Shown here: piece after piece, positions 1 to 9,847 of the stretch
Layout: the number at the start of each line of letters is the position of its first letter
How positions within the stretch are numbered: position 1 is the stretch's first letter
Virus record (IMG/VR): IMGVR_UViG_3300024252_000005
From: a virus
Lineage: Duplodnaviria > Caudoviricetes
Reading direction: 5' to 3' (one strand)
Length of the DNA stretch: 64,000 nucleotides
The notes under the pieces: generated by a model
The model's database searches: none
Told to the model about the DNA's origin: nothing
Seen by the model: only the letters and a program-made list of their open reading frames with translations
Made by a program: the position numbers and the translations under genes

Positions 1-669
1 TCTATAAAAAAAGGAGATTCTAGAGCAAGACAAAAATTAATTGAATCAAACTATAGGCTTGCTTTTTCTATTGCCAAGAAATATTACAGACAAGGAATGA
101 ATTTTGAAGACTTGCTTCAAGAGAGTAATATAGGTTTAATTAAAGCAGTTGACAAGTTTGATCACACGTTAGGTTATAAGTTTAGTACATATGCTTGTTG
201 GTGGATTAAACAAGCAGCTCTACAGTATTTAAACGAAAGCTCAACAGATATTAAAGTTCCTACTCATTCTAGAATGCTTAATTCTAAAATAAGAAAAACA
301 GCGTTAGCACTTGAAAAAAAGAATGGCAAATCACCTTCGATTGAAGAAATTAGCGAAGAGATAGGCGAGTCAGTTAAGAAAATAAATTATACTTTAAAAG
401 CAAACAAAACAATTCTCTCTATTGATAAAGAGAATTCTGATACTGGTTATAGTATAAAAAACTCTTACAAAGATGACAGTGACTATTCTAATCCTGAAAA
501 GTCTTTGGAAAACAAAGAGTTAAATTCTTTAATAAGAGAAAGTCTTTCTTTGTTAACACCCAAAGAAGAAAAAATAATTAGATTAAGGTTTGGCATCACA
601 GAAGATAAGTTTGATACAGAAAACTTTCCTGTTACTAAAGAAATGGATGAATACTTAAATGAAAAATAA
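1..669 (+). CDS. Sigma70-family (RpoD-like) RNA polymerase sigma factor, 5' end outside window, region 4.2 HTH missing
   Basis: Frame 1 is open from base 1 ([17 protein letters not shown]); [20 protein letters not shown] and [15 protein letters not shown] are regions 2.2-2.4; [12 protein letters not shown] is region 3; [15 protein letters not shown] is region 4.1, with a stop soon after. Confidence 0.93.
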   Translation, partial: SIKKGDSRARQKLIESNYRLAFSIAKKYYRQGMNFEDLLQESNIGLIKAVDKFDHTLGYKFSTYACWWIKQAALQYLNESSTDIKVPTHSRMLNSKIRKTALALEKKNGKSPSIEEISEEIGESVKKINYTLKANKTILSIDKENSDTGYSIKNSYKDDSDYSNPEKSLENKELNSLIRESLSLLTPKEEKIIRLRFGITEDKFDTENFPVTKEMDEYLNEK

Positions 670-937
670 AAAATATGTCACGGTAACAAATCAAGGTTTA
701 GGATTATATGATATCGCAAAGATTATGACAGATGGAGGTGACAAAATGAATCATTCAACTGTAAGAAACATAATCAATAGATCTTTTGTTAAGGTTGCAA
801 AAAATATGACAAAAAATTATAATCTAAAATATTCAGATGATCAAATATTTAATATTGCTAAGTCTCCTGAGTTTCAAGAGTCTATAGTTAAATTATTAGA
901 AAGAAAGAGATTAAATAGCTATGAAGGAACATCATAA
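659..937 (+). CDS. Small HTH protein resembling sigma region 4.2
   Basis: GLYDIAKIM...[19 protein letters not shown]; start overlaps the sigma stop by 11 nt. Confidence 0.6.
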   Translation: MKNKKYVTVTNQGLGLYDIAKIMTDGGDKMNHSTVRNIINRSFVKVAKNMTKNYNLKYSDDQIFNIAKSPEFQESIVKLLERKRLNSYEGTS

Positions 938-1178
938 TATTAATTTTAAGCTTTTTTGTCAAAGAAAAGGTTTTATTTTAGAAAGCTGGATAAAAAATAA
1001 TCCAAGCTCTACTTTTGAAGACTTAAAAAAACAATTGTTAAATATCAAAGTAATGCCACCTTCACTAGAAGATTTTGAGCTTATCAAGGAAAAGCATGAA
1101 ATTGTTGAAGAAAAACCTGAAGAAGTTAAAGTTGTCAAAAAAACAAGAAGAAGAAAAGTTAAAAAAGATGAAAGTTGA
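921..1178 (+). CDS. Hypothetical protein, basic C-terminus
   Basis: ORF overlaps both neighbours in an operon-like arrangement. Confidence 0.7.
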   Translation: MKEHHNINFKLFCQRKGFILESWIKNNPSSTFEDLKKQLLNIKVMPPSLEDFELIKEKHEIVEEKPEEVKVVKKTRRRKVKKDES

Positions 1179-1327
1179 CTTAGTCACAGAGTTTTTTTTA
1201 ATAAAACAATATGACTTTGAAAATCTTACAGAAAGAAGAAAAGTAGAAGCAATAGAGAATAATTCTAATAATAATTCAGCCAAAAAAGATAATTATAGCT
1301 ATAATAAAAACAAAGGCAAGAATTATT

Positions 1328-1540
1328 ATGGCAAAAAAAGACGATATTACACTGATTATTGCTAAGAGCTTTTCTAGACAAAAGCTTACAATTGTAGAAC
1401 AAGAAGCATGTAAAGACTTAAGCATTGTTAAGCTAATATCTGAGCATGGCTTGAACGACATTCAAGCTAAAGAAGTTATCAAATGGTGTTGCATGCATTA
1501 TGACATTGGCTTCTTGTCTGGAGTAGAAGATGAAGGGTAG
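1328..1540 (+). CDS. Hypothetical protein
   Basis: ORF translationally coupled to the next gene. Confidence 0.65.
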   Translation: MAKKDDITLIIAKSFSRQKLTIVEQEACKDLSIVKLISEHGLNDIQAKEVIKWCCMHYDIGFLSGVEDEG

Positions 1541-1844
1541 AAACTTTGATTATGGCACACAAATGTCAAATTCTAAAGAAGGCGAGATGGCAAAGAGAAC
1601 GCTAATAAATATGGCAAAAGACTTGTATGATCTTTACATTAACTTAAATGATCATGATGATTTGCCTGAATGGTGCCACTATAAATTAGCTAGATCACAA
1701 AATGAGTTAGAAGCAGTTTCAAATTACTTGACTTCTAAAATATACAAGCATTGTTTAGATAGTAATATAGGAATATCTAAATTAACACTTGAAGTGAAAA
1801 ATACAATTAAAGAAAGACAGGACTTAATTGAGATATCTAAGTAA
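1530..1844 (+). CDS. Hypothetical phage protein
   Basis: EGEMAK...DDLPEWCHYKLA pattern that I recall from large-phage hypothetical proteins. Confidence 0.7.
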   Translation: MKGRNFDYGTQMSNSKEGEMAKRTLINMAKDLYDLYINLNDHDDLPEWCHYKLARSQNELEAVSNYLTSKIYKHCLDSNIGISKLTLEVKNTIKERQDLIEISK

Positions 1845-3567
1845 TTTTATAATATTTTCGTTGTTTTTCCTGGGCTGTAGTCAAACAAATCTAGAAGAAT
1901 CAATTAGTTTAAGCTCAAACAAAAAAAAAGTAGTTGCTGGAGAATCAGTAAAGCTTTTATACTTTTCTCAAAAAAAATATGATTCTGTAGAAGTTTTCTT
2001 AAAAAATAAAAACATTTCTATTTCTTACGGGAAAAGAATGTATGATAAAAATTACATTATAAATAGAATAATTCTAAGCAAAGAATCTTTAAATATCGAT
2101 GATTATTATTTAGAAGCTTTCTTTGTCAAAGGTAGCGAAGTTAGTAGTAAAAAGTTAAATATCACTGTAGAACCTTCTGTAATTATTAATAGCTTTTGTT
2201 CTACAAATGAATGCAGTACAACTTCAGGAAATATAGTACAACAAACTATAAACAAATTAAATATAAATACTTATAGATTAGCAGCTACAAAGATCACTTA
2301 TACAGTTAATACACCTTACACAAATTACACTAGAGTTCATGAATTTAATTCTCCAATTAACAATGATTGGTTAGACAATATTGTTTTTGACAATGTTCCT
2401 GTTGGAATATCTTCATATATTGCATCAGTATCAATAGTTGCTGAAGATAGCGAAGGAGATATAGCAGAAAATGTTTTACCGTTCAGAGTTGTTAGACCAA
2501 TTGAAATTAAACACTTTGGGGAATATGAATTAGCTGAGACTTATATTCCTATTCCAGTTACGGGTTGTATTCCTGGCTCTATAGGAAATAATGTTCAGTA
2601 TTCTGAATCTGAATCTGAAACAAAACAAAACAGTGTCTCGCTTACTCTTAATAAAAATTGGAGTGATAGTAACTCTTTAACCGAAAACATTGGCAGATCT
2701 GAGGGCATTTCAGTTAATGAAACTGAGAATACTGTTTATTCTTCATCACTATCAAGATCTGAGACTAATGGAGAAAGCTATTCTAATTCTGTTTCTAACG
2801 GTGAATCTTCTAATATAAGCTTTAATACGTCTGATGGAGAAAACTGGTCTTGGGATATTAATGAATCACAAACACAAGGCTCAGCTAATTCTAATACTAA
2901 TAGCAGTAACACATCAGTTTCAGGTTCTGTAACAACAGGATTTAGCGGTGAAGGCTCTCTTCCTTTTCTTGCAAAAGCTAGCGGTAAAGTTGAAGTAAGC
3001 GCTGGTGTCTCTCGGGGTTGGGGAAACTCAAACTCTTCTACAGAAAGTGAGTCTAATTCAAACTCGAGAGGATATTCTTCAGGAGGAACTACACAAAATG
3101 GCAGGACATACGGAAGTGTCCAGAATGATTCTAGAAGTCATTCTTTGAGCGGCTCATATGTTTTATCAAGTTCAACATCAAACTCAATAACAGAATCATC
3201 TGGATTATCTTCTGGCAGGGTCTGGAATATGTCTGAGAGTATAGCTAGCGGCAAAACAGTAACAACTGGGAATAGTGAATCTCTAGCAGAGACTTTAGTC
3301 GCTTCTTCTTCTAGCAGCACAACGTTTAGTTATTCAGCTTATATACCAAGAGGAAGATATGGTATATTCTATAGACAAACAAGCAGATATGTTAAATTAT
3401 CTGAAGTTATTACATATGATCTTAATGGGTTTCCGCATCATTCTGGTTTTGTTTCAATGAATACATGGGCGTGGGCGCCTGAGTTATCTATTGGCGAAGA
3501 TTGTAATAATATGCCAGAACCTAATTTGCCAGAAGCTACATGTTATATTCCACCTTGCGGAGAATAA
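1828..3567 (+). CDS. Lipoprotein with a long Ser/Thr-rich beta region, possibly aerolysin/ETX-MTX2-like
   Basis: Lipobox FFLGC; alternating Ser/Thr runs flank the amphipathic hairpin VSGSVTTGFSGEGSLPFLAKASGKVEVSAGVSRGWG. Confidence 0.6.
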   Translation: MRYLSNFIIFSLFFLGCSQTNLEESISLSSNKKKVVAGESVKLLYFSQKKYDSVEVFLKNKNISISYGKRMYDKNYIINRIILSKESLNIDDYYLEAFFVKGSEVSSKKLNITVEPSVIINSFCSTNECSTTSGNIVQQTINKLNINTYRLAATKITYTVNTPYTNYTRVHEFNSPINNDWLDNIVFDNVPVGISSYIASVSIVAEDSEGDIAENVLPFRVVRPIEIKHFGEYELAETYIPIPVTGCIPGSIGNNVQYSESESETKQNSVSLTLNKNWSDSNSLTENIGRSEGISVNETENTVYSSSLSRSETNGESYSNSVSNGESSNISFNTSDGENWSWDINESQTQGSANSNTNSSNTSVSGSVTTGFSGEGSLPFLAKASGKVEVSAGVSRGWGNSNSSTESESNSNSRGYSSGGTTQNGRTYGSVQNDSRSHSLSGSYVLSSSTSNSITESSGLSSGRVWNMSESIASGKTVTTGNSESLAETLVASSSSSTTFSYSAYIPRGRYGIFYRQTSRYVKLSEVITYDLNGFPHHSGFVSMNTWAWAPELSIGEDCNNMPEPNLPEATCYIPPCGE

Positions 3568-3568
3568 A

Positions 3569-3736
3569 ATGAATAATATTATATTAGAAAAAATATTGAT
3601 TAGAATTCTAGAAGTGTTGTATAAATATGGCTGGCCTAAGTATGATGAAGAGTGGTTTGATAAAGAAGGCATAACTACTTGGGAAGAAGATAGAGAATGG
3701 ACAAAACAATACTATAAAAGTATGGGTTTACTCTAA
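3569..3736 (+). CDS. Small hypothetical protein (55 aa)
   Basis: ATG at 3569 directly follows the previous stop; shorter than the ORF-track call. Confidence 0.6.
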   Translation: MNNIILEKILIRILEVLYKYGWPKYDEEWFDKEGITTWEEDREWTKQYYKSMGLL

Positions 3737-4518
3737 AATAAAAAACTATTTACGTAATTTCTAATTAAGCTTTCATTAGAAGAAGAAATTTGCGAAGAAG
3801 GTCTTCCAAGTTCTACACTTTTAACAAGAGTTGTAGCTATCTTTTCTTTGTTCTCTTCGCTAAGAGAACGAGGAAGCATTACTTTTAGGCTTTCAATATC
3901 ACCGCTCATTAAGTATTTTCTCATTTGTGTGCCGCTTATTGCAACAACTCTTGGGATAGGTAATACATTTATCAATCCTGATTCAAACATTTCACCGTAA
4001 TAGTTTAACATTAATTGATCACTATATCTAGGCGCATCATCTTCACCGCAATAGAAAGTAATAGCTGTTTCGCCTGTTTCATATCTAATATCTGAAATAG
4101 GGTCTATCCAATAAGACTCACCTTCATTATATGCATCTCTAAAAGCATTGGCTACATCAAATCCAGCCTTAACTGGAGAGTTGATTCCAGACTCTCTTGG
4201 AGTAATAATTGAAACATTGGTTCCAGAATATGACAAATTATCAGCTGTTAGTATATTATTCCAGATATATTCCATGTCTTTACCGAAAACAGGAGCTTCT
4301 CCAGGAATAGGTTCTTCAAATTTAACACCTTTTCTAGATCTTTTTTTAACACCTCTACTTGAATATGAAACGTATACATTAACTTTATCATTTTCTTGTT
4401 CAGCAAATCCTAGGTTGACTAGTTCATCTAGTAATTCAATACCAGCAGCAAATCTGATTAACGAATTGTGGCCTGCATGAAATGGTTTAGCAGACATTGG
4501 TACAATACCTATTTTCAT
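3733..4518 (-). CDS. Cytidylyltransferase-like (HxGH) nucleotidyltransferase
   Basis: KPFHAGH motif at the N-terminus; ISGTQMRK matches the C-terminal SxT/SxxR motif. Confidence 0.85.
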   Translation of the reverse strand: MKIGIVPMSAKPFHAGHNSLIRFAAGIELLDELVNLGFAEQENDKVNVYVSYSSRGVKKRSRKGVKFEEPIPGEAPVFGKDMEYIWNNILTADNLSYSGTNVSIITPRESGINSPVKAGFDVANAFRDAYNEGESYWIDPISDIRYETGETAITFYCGEDDAPRYSDQLMLNYYGEMFESGLINVLPIPRVVAISGTQMRKYLMSGDIESLKVMLPRSLSEENKEKIATTLVKSVELGRPSSQISSSNESLIRNYVNSFLF

Positions 4519-4529
4519 ATTTCTATCCT

Positions 4530-7500
4530 TTAAAATAAAATCTTGTAAACATTTTTAAGTGACATCTTCTTTGATTCTTGTTGCATAAACTTTTCTTTGA
4601 ACGTAGGAAATATTCCTTTTTTGTCTCTGTAAGCTGCACCTAAAATCTGATTCATTGGTGCAAAACCACCTGTAACTTTTAATAAATCACGTTGGTAGTC
4701 ATAAACACCACCTTCAACTGAAGTAGAAACTATTTCATCTATATCTTTATCGATTACTTTATTAAGATGCGGCATTAGTCTATGAACTTCAGGTTCCCAT
4801 AGATCATCTGTTGTTTCTTTCATATACCTAACTAAGTCATCAACAGCAGTCTGAAGTTTGTCTTTGAGTAATTCAATGTTCATTTGACTTGTTTCTTCTG
4901 ACATGTATGAAGATTTTATGCCTCTTAATAAATCAATACCTAAGTCTACGAATATCTCTTTAAAAGGAGATATAATTTTCTGCACTTTCTTTAGTGCATT
5001 TGCTGAACTTGTAAGATCAATACTGCGAAGTTTTGGAATATCTTCTTTCGACATAGATGAAGTGAAATCTTTGCTTTTTATTTTTTCTCCTGATTTAGTT
5101 TCACCATAAATTGCAAAGTCACAAAGCTTTTCTAAATCTTTTCTGCTTATACTAATACCTAAGCTTTCAACTTCTTTTTTGATTTTATTTTCTATTCCAT
5201 CACCTAAGAATTGATTTTCATTTATTTCTAACGTTTGTGTAATTTCTTTTATTCTCTCAATATAATCTTCTATTTGTATATTAGTTAGTTTATTTAGATC
5301 AACAGTTCTATTAGATGCAAGAGTAAAACCTGCGCTTGATATACCATTGTTTATTAGATTGATTAGCTTTTCTAATCTCTGGCTATTATTTGAAGAGTGT
5401 GTTGTTTCTCTACCATTAACAAAATCAACTATGCTGTGAAACACTATATACTTTTCGTCGTATATTATTTGGTTTGGCTTGTCAGGATGCATAATTTCAA
5501 AATTGATAAATGATTTTGTTTCACCATCTGGGTGGAATATTTCTCTTATTTCCATTTCTGATGCTTGACCTGCAGAACTTAGCCATTGATCTACACCTCG
5601 TTTGATAGCATTTCCGCCTTCAACAAAAGGTAGCTCTGCAGGATGACCTGTAAATTTTTCTACTAGATCATCATGTGCCATATCTTCTTTGTTGCGCGCA
5701 AACATTAAAGTGCCATCTTCTTCTACAGTAAAGAATAGATTTTGACCGTCAACTTTTTCTATTATCTTTTGAGGAAGCTCATATTCTTTTATTCTGTCTA
5801 TGATTTGTCTTGGGGTCATATCAAATGCTTCATATGGGTGCATCATATGACCAGCTAAACCACCTTCGTTAATTATTTTTTTTTTATAAAGATTTGAATA
5901 TACTTCTTTTAAAATCATTCCTTTTCTGTTGAAAGAAGATGTTACTTTGTTGTTTTTAGTTGGAAATTTACTATAATCATATACTCCAGATGCACTAGGA
6001 TCTCCTAGTAATCCAAGTACTAACTTATCTAATCTTTGTCTATCATTAAACGAATCATTCTCAAGAACATTAAACGGAATTCTTTCATTTGAAGGAACAG
6101 CTGCAATACTTAAGTAATCTTTGCTCTCTTCTATAGATTTAAAAGAAAACATATTGCTAGCAAAACTTCCATACATAGCTAAAATACCTTTAGAATCATG
6201 CTCAGACGCTATTGACGCTTTAAACTCTTTCCAGCACTTTAGAGAATTTTTTCTTTTGCTTTCGTCATAAGATAGATTTCCACTCTCATCTTTATCAACA
6301 AAAGCAAATATTTCATAATCTCCAATATGCGAAGAATTATCAGAGCTATGCCCGGTTACAGCTTTTCCGTTCAAGACTACTTTATGTTTTTGTGGATTTT
6401 TAAAAAAAGTGTTTAGAAATAATTCATATTTTTGTCTAATATTTTTTGACATATTACCACCAGTTTGAGACGTTGCTTTTTGCAATCCGTAATATTTAAT
6501 AGAGCAAGGAAAACTAGATCCATCACTCATTTCAAAAATAACATCAGGCTCAATACCCAAACAAGTATTTGATGATTTTACAAGCGCATGTGCGTGAAAT
6601 TCTCCTCTTCCTTTAACGTCACCTTGACCGCCACCTTTGCCTTCATAGTCTTTAAATATTTTACCTTTGTCATTTAAATAATTGACAATATCATTTATAT
6701 TACCAAAAGACTTTCTAAAATCTTCACTCTTTAAATCGTTATCTTTAATATCTTGTATAAGCTGTGGTATTTGCTTGTTTCCACAGTATTCATACAATAT
6801 AGCTTTAATTATGTCATCTTTTTTTATTGAATTTATTATAAATTCATGTTCAAAGCTTTCGCGAGAATGAATTTTTGCTCTTATAAAATCAATCTGAACT
6901 TTGATGGCTTTTTCAATTATTTGTTTCAAGATAGACTCTGGTTCTTTGATGAGTTTATAAAAACTAACAATATCAAGTTTGTTTTTTTGTTTGTCTAGAG
7001 TTTGCTTGGATTTTTGTGTAATATTCTTTGTATTGATGAAGCTTGAATAATTGTAACTTATTGTGTAATTAACTAGATCGTTTTGCAAAGCTTTAGGATT
7101 ATTAGTTTGATTATCTACATAATCAAAATGTTTATTATTAACTGTTCTTCCTTTACTAGGATCATTGATGTAGCGTTTTTCTCCAGCAGTTATCAAATAT
7201 ACTAAAAACTTTTTTAACGTATCATTTTTTAATGAGTTTAGAAAAGAAACTCTCGTTATTTTTTTATGAATATCTCTGTAATCTTTTGTCTCATCATAAC
7301 TTTGTATTTCTAGTTTAACGTCTGTAAGCCCTATTAAGTTTGCGCAATTTTTAGATAACAAGTCCATTTCATTGCTGTCAATATTATTTAGCTTTTCAAT
7401 TAAGTTGTACGAGCTAGAAGTCTCTTCTGACATGTTTATTATATCATTGGTTATCTTGTTTTCTATCTGTCTATTTACGACTTGAATTAAAAGCTTTTTA

Positions 7501-7778
7501 AAAGAGAGTCCAGACTTTTCAGTACTTTTTGCTGAAATTTCGGATGCTGTATGTCTTCTAGCATTGACATTGTATGCTGTGTTTACAAAGCTTATTGAGT
7601 TTAGAGTGACTTCATCTTCTTTACTTAATGATAAAGTATCGCTTTTTTTTGCATCATCAATATCAGAATCAGTAGAATACATTCTTGCTTTTCCTGCTGT
7701 ATCTTTAGGAAATACTACTCTAACATGTGTCTCTTCTTTTAATAAATTTTTATAAACTTTTTTGAGACTATATTTCAT
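4530..7778 (-). CDS. Large multidomain protein: possible PD-(D/E)xK-like central region plus C-terminal ligase-like KxDG nucleotidyltransferase domain
   Basis: EGGLAGHMMHPYE...EKVDGQNLFF...FARNK; upstream GRGEF...EPDV...SIK. Confidence 0.65.
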   Translation of the reverse strand: MKYSLKKVYKNLLKEETHVRVVFPKDTAGKARMYSTDSDIDDAKKSDTLSLSKEDEVTLNSISFVNTAYNVNARRHTASEISAKSTEKSGLSFKKLLIQVVNRQIENKITNDIINMSEETSSSYNLIEKLNNIDSNEMDLLSKNCANLIGLTDVKLEIQSYDETKDYRDIHKKITRVSFLNSLKNDTLKKFLVYLITAGEKRYINDPSKGRTVNNKHFDYVDNQTNNPKALQNDLVNYTISYNYSSFINTKNITQKSKQTLDKQKNKLDIVSFYKLIKEPESILKQIIEKAIKVQIDFIRAKIHSRESFEHEFIINSIKKDDIIKAILYEYCGNKQIPQLIQDIKDNDLKSEDFRKSFGNINDIVNYLNDKGKIFKDYEGKGGGQGDVKGRGEFHAHALVKSSNTCLGIEPDVIFEMSDGSSFPCSIKYYGLQKATSQTGGNMSKNIRQKYELFLNTFFKNPQKHKVVLNGKAVTGHSSDNSSHIGDYEIFAFVDKDESGNLSYDESKRKNSLKCWKEFKASIASEHDSKGILAMYGSFASNMFSFKSIEESKDYLSIAAVPSNERIPFNVLENDSFNDRQRLDKLVLGLLGDPSASGVYDYSKFPTKNNKVTSSFNRKGMILKEVYSNLYKKKIINEGGLAGHMMHPYEAFDMTPRQIIDRIKEYELPQKIIEKVDGQNLFFTVEEDGTLMFARNKEDMAHDDLVEKFTGHPAELPFVEGGNAIKRGVDQWLSSAGQASEMEIREIFHPDGETKSFINFEIMHPDKPNQIIYDEKYIVFHSIVDFVNGRETTHSSNNSQRLEKLINLINNGISSAGFTLASNRTVDLNKLTNIQIEDYIERIKEITQTLEINENQFLGDGIENKIKKEVESLGISISRKDLEKLCDFAIYGETKSGEKIKSKDFTSSMSKEDIPKLRSIDLTSSANALKKVQKIISPFKEIFVDLGIDLLRGIKSSYMSEETSQMNIELLKDKLQTAVDDLVRYMKETTDDLWEPEVHRLMPHLNKVIDKDIDEIVSTSVEGGVYDYQRDLLKVTGGFAPMNQILGAAYRDKKGIFPTFKEKFMQQESKKMSLKNVYKILF

Positions 7779-8140
7779 TTTTTGCCACCCCAGTATTCTT
7801 TTGCTAAACCTTCGTTAATCAATTTTTTATTATAACTATTTTCATACTCAAGTTTATCTTCTTCTAAGCTCCATATTGTACCTAACCACCTACCAAACTT
7901 TCCTTTTTTCTCTGTATGTATCATCACTTTCTTGCCAAGGATTCTCTCTCTCAACCAGTCTCTAGTTTCTTTGCCCTTCTTCTTTTCTTCTAAGTCTTTA
8001 GTTCTAATCTCTGGAGTATCAATACCTACAAGTCTAACTTTAATGCGAGCTGATAATTTGAATCCTAAGTCTACAACACATGTACATGTATCTCCATCAT
8101 AAACTTTAACAACTTCAGCTATATAAAAATATGGTTTCAT
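7775..8140 (-). CDS. Thermonuclease (SNase-like) family nuclease
   Basis: VYDGDT, VRLVGIDTPE and GKFGRWLG motifs. Confidence 0.92.
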   Translation of the reverse strand: MKPYFYIAEVVKVYDGDTCTCVVDLGFKLSARIKVRLVGIDTPEIRTKDLEEKKKGKETRDWLRERILGKKVMIHTEKKGKFGRWLGTIWSLEEDKLEYENSYNKKLINEGLAKEYWGGKK

Positions 8141-8206
8141 TTTCTTCCTTATTATAATATTTATAACGTATAATTAATATATTTAAATATCAAGGCAAAC
8201 ATTAAA

Positions 8207-8692
8207 ATGAAAAAACAAAAGCTGTCTAAAGAAGATTTTGAAAATGTCAAAACTATTGGTAATCTAAAACAATTGCTTGAAAGATTTTTAAAAGAAATAA
8301 GATCAAAAGATGCAAAGTCAGCTTTGACAAAAGCAATAGTTTCAGAAGTACCGTTTTTAGGTACAGCAAAAAACGTTAAAGATATTATAAAAAGGCTAGC
8401 AGTTAAAAGACCTGATAGTGAAAGACCTGATAACGCTCTCGGCGTGTTAGATATTGATGATGAATTAGAAAAAATTATATCTTCTAAGGTGTTAGAAAAA
8501 TTTTTAGACTTTCTGGTAATGTCTATAAACGACGATGATTCTACGCCTATAAGCAATTGGAATATAAATAGCGAATTAGAAGAATATCTAAAAGAGTTAT
8601 ATAAAGGTAGAACTATAACTGGCTTTAACAAAAAAAGAATGAAAACAACAGAAAGCGTGTTAAAAGAGTACATAAAAAACTATTTGATTTAA
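8207..8692 (+). CDS. Hypothetical protein with putative virion-type C-terminal motif
   Basis: Ends ESVLKEYIKNYLI, similar to the ends of other large proteins in this window. Confidence 0.7.
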   Translation: MKKQKLSKEDFENVKTIGNLKQLLERFLKEIRSKDAKSALTKAIVSEVPFLGTAKNVKDIIKRLAVKRPDSERPDNALGVLDIDDELEKIISSKVLEKFLDFLVMSINDDDSTPISNWNINSELEEYLKELYKGRTITGFNKKRMKTTESVLKEYIKNYLI

Positions 8693-8775
8693 ATCAATCC
8701 TCAAACTAATATTAACAATTTATTTTTATAAATTGAATTATAAAATATTATAATGAATTCTATATAGAGGAAAAA

Positions 8776-9843
8776 ATGAAGTCAAATAAAAATAAACTAA
8801 AAGAATCAAACAAGGCATTGAGCTTTGATGATGTAATATTAAAACCCAGATATTCTGATATTTTATCTAGAAAAGAAATAGATACAAGCATTAAACTGCC
8901 TGAACATATGCTTGATTTTGATATTCCACTAATTAGCAGTCCAATGTCAACTGTAACTGAAGCTTATATGTGTAACGCGATGTCTAATCTTGGAGGTTTA
9001 GGCATTATACATAGATATAATACAGTAGAATTCCAAACAAAATTATTATCTTACGTCTCTTGTCCAAATACAAAAGCAGCAGCAATAGGTGTTACAGGAG
9101 ATTTCAAAGAAAGACTAGCTTCACTTGTCAGTGAAGGTTTAACAATAGTCTGTATAGATGTTGCGCATGGAGATCATATATTAGTAAAGAATGCAATAGA
9201 ATTTATAAAGGAAAAATATCCAAGTCTTTTTATAATAGCAGGCAACGTAGCATCTGGCGAAGCTTACGCTAGATTGTCTTCTTGGGGAGCAAATGCAATT
9301 AGAACAAGTGTAGGTAGTGGAAGTATATGTACAACAAGAATACAAACAGGACACGGAATTCCAACTTTTCATGCTGTTGTTGACTGCTATAATGAAAAGA
9401 TTTTACTTGAAAAACAAAATAAACATGCTGCATGTATAATTGCAGATGGTGGAATTAAGAACAGTGGTGATATTGTTAAATCACTAGCTGCAGGTGCTGA
9501 CTTTGTAATGTTAGGCGCTATGTTAAGCGGGACAAAAGAAACACCAGGAAGAGTAATAACTAGTGATGAAGGCAAGAAAATAAAAAGATACAATGGAATG
9601 GCTTCAAAAGCAGCACAAAAAAACTGGAAAGGCTCATATTCATCAATAGAAGGTGTCTCTTCACACGTTCAGTATAAAGGAACGTTATCAAAAGTAGTTA
9701 ATGAAATAATGTCAAATGTTAGAAGCGGAATGTCTTATAGCAATGCTAGAAACTTAAAAGAGTTAAAAGACGTTGCTGATTTTATGATTCAAACTAACTC
9801 TTCTAATGTAGAAGGTAACCCACACATTTTTAATAAAAGGTAA
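8776..9843 (+). CDS. guaC: IMPDH/GMP reductase family enzyme without CBS domains, more likely GMP reductase
   Basis: SPMSTVTE, IDVAHG, GSGSICTTR (catalytic Cys), ADGGI, YNGMAS...IEGV; the flap is short and lacks the IMPDH Arg-Tyr dyad. Confidence 0.85.
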   Translation: MKSNKNKLKESNKALSFDDVILKPRYSDILSRKEIDTSIKLPEHMLDFDIPLISSPMSTVTEAYMCNAMSNLGGLGIIHRYNTVEFQTKLLSYVSCPNTKAAAIGVTGDFKERLASLVSEGLTIVCIDVAHGDHILVKNAIEFIKEKYPSLFIIAGNVASGEAYARLSSWGANAIRTSVGSGSICTTRIQTGHGIPTFHAVVDCYNEKILLEKQNKHAACIIADGGIKNSGDIVKSLAAGADFVMLGAMLSGTKETPGRVITSDEGKKIKRYNGMASKAAQKNWKGSYSSIEGVSSHVQYKGTLSKVVNEIMSNVRSGMSYSNARNLKELKDVADFMIQTNSSNVEGNPHIFNKR

Positions 9844-9847
9844 GAAA

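Noticed and set aside
2580-3330. DNA tandem repeat underlying the Ser-rich region
   Set aside because: Codons are diverse (TCT, TCA, AGT, AGC) with no nucleotide-level periodicity; the bias is at protein level
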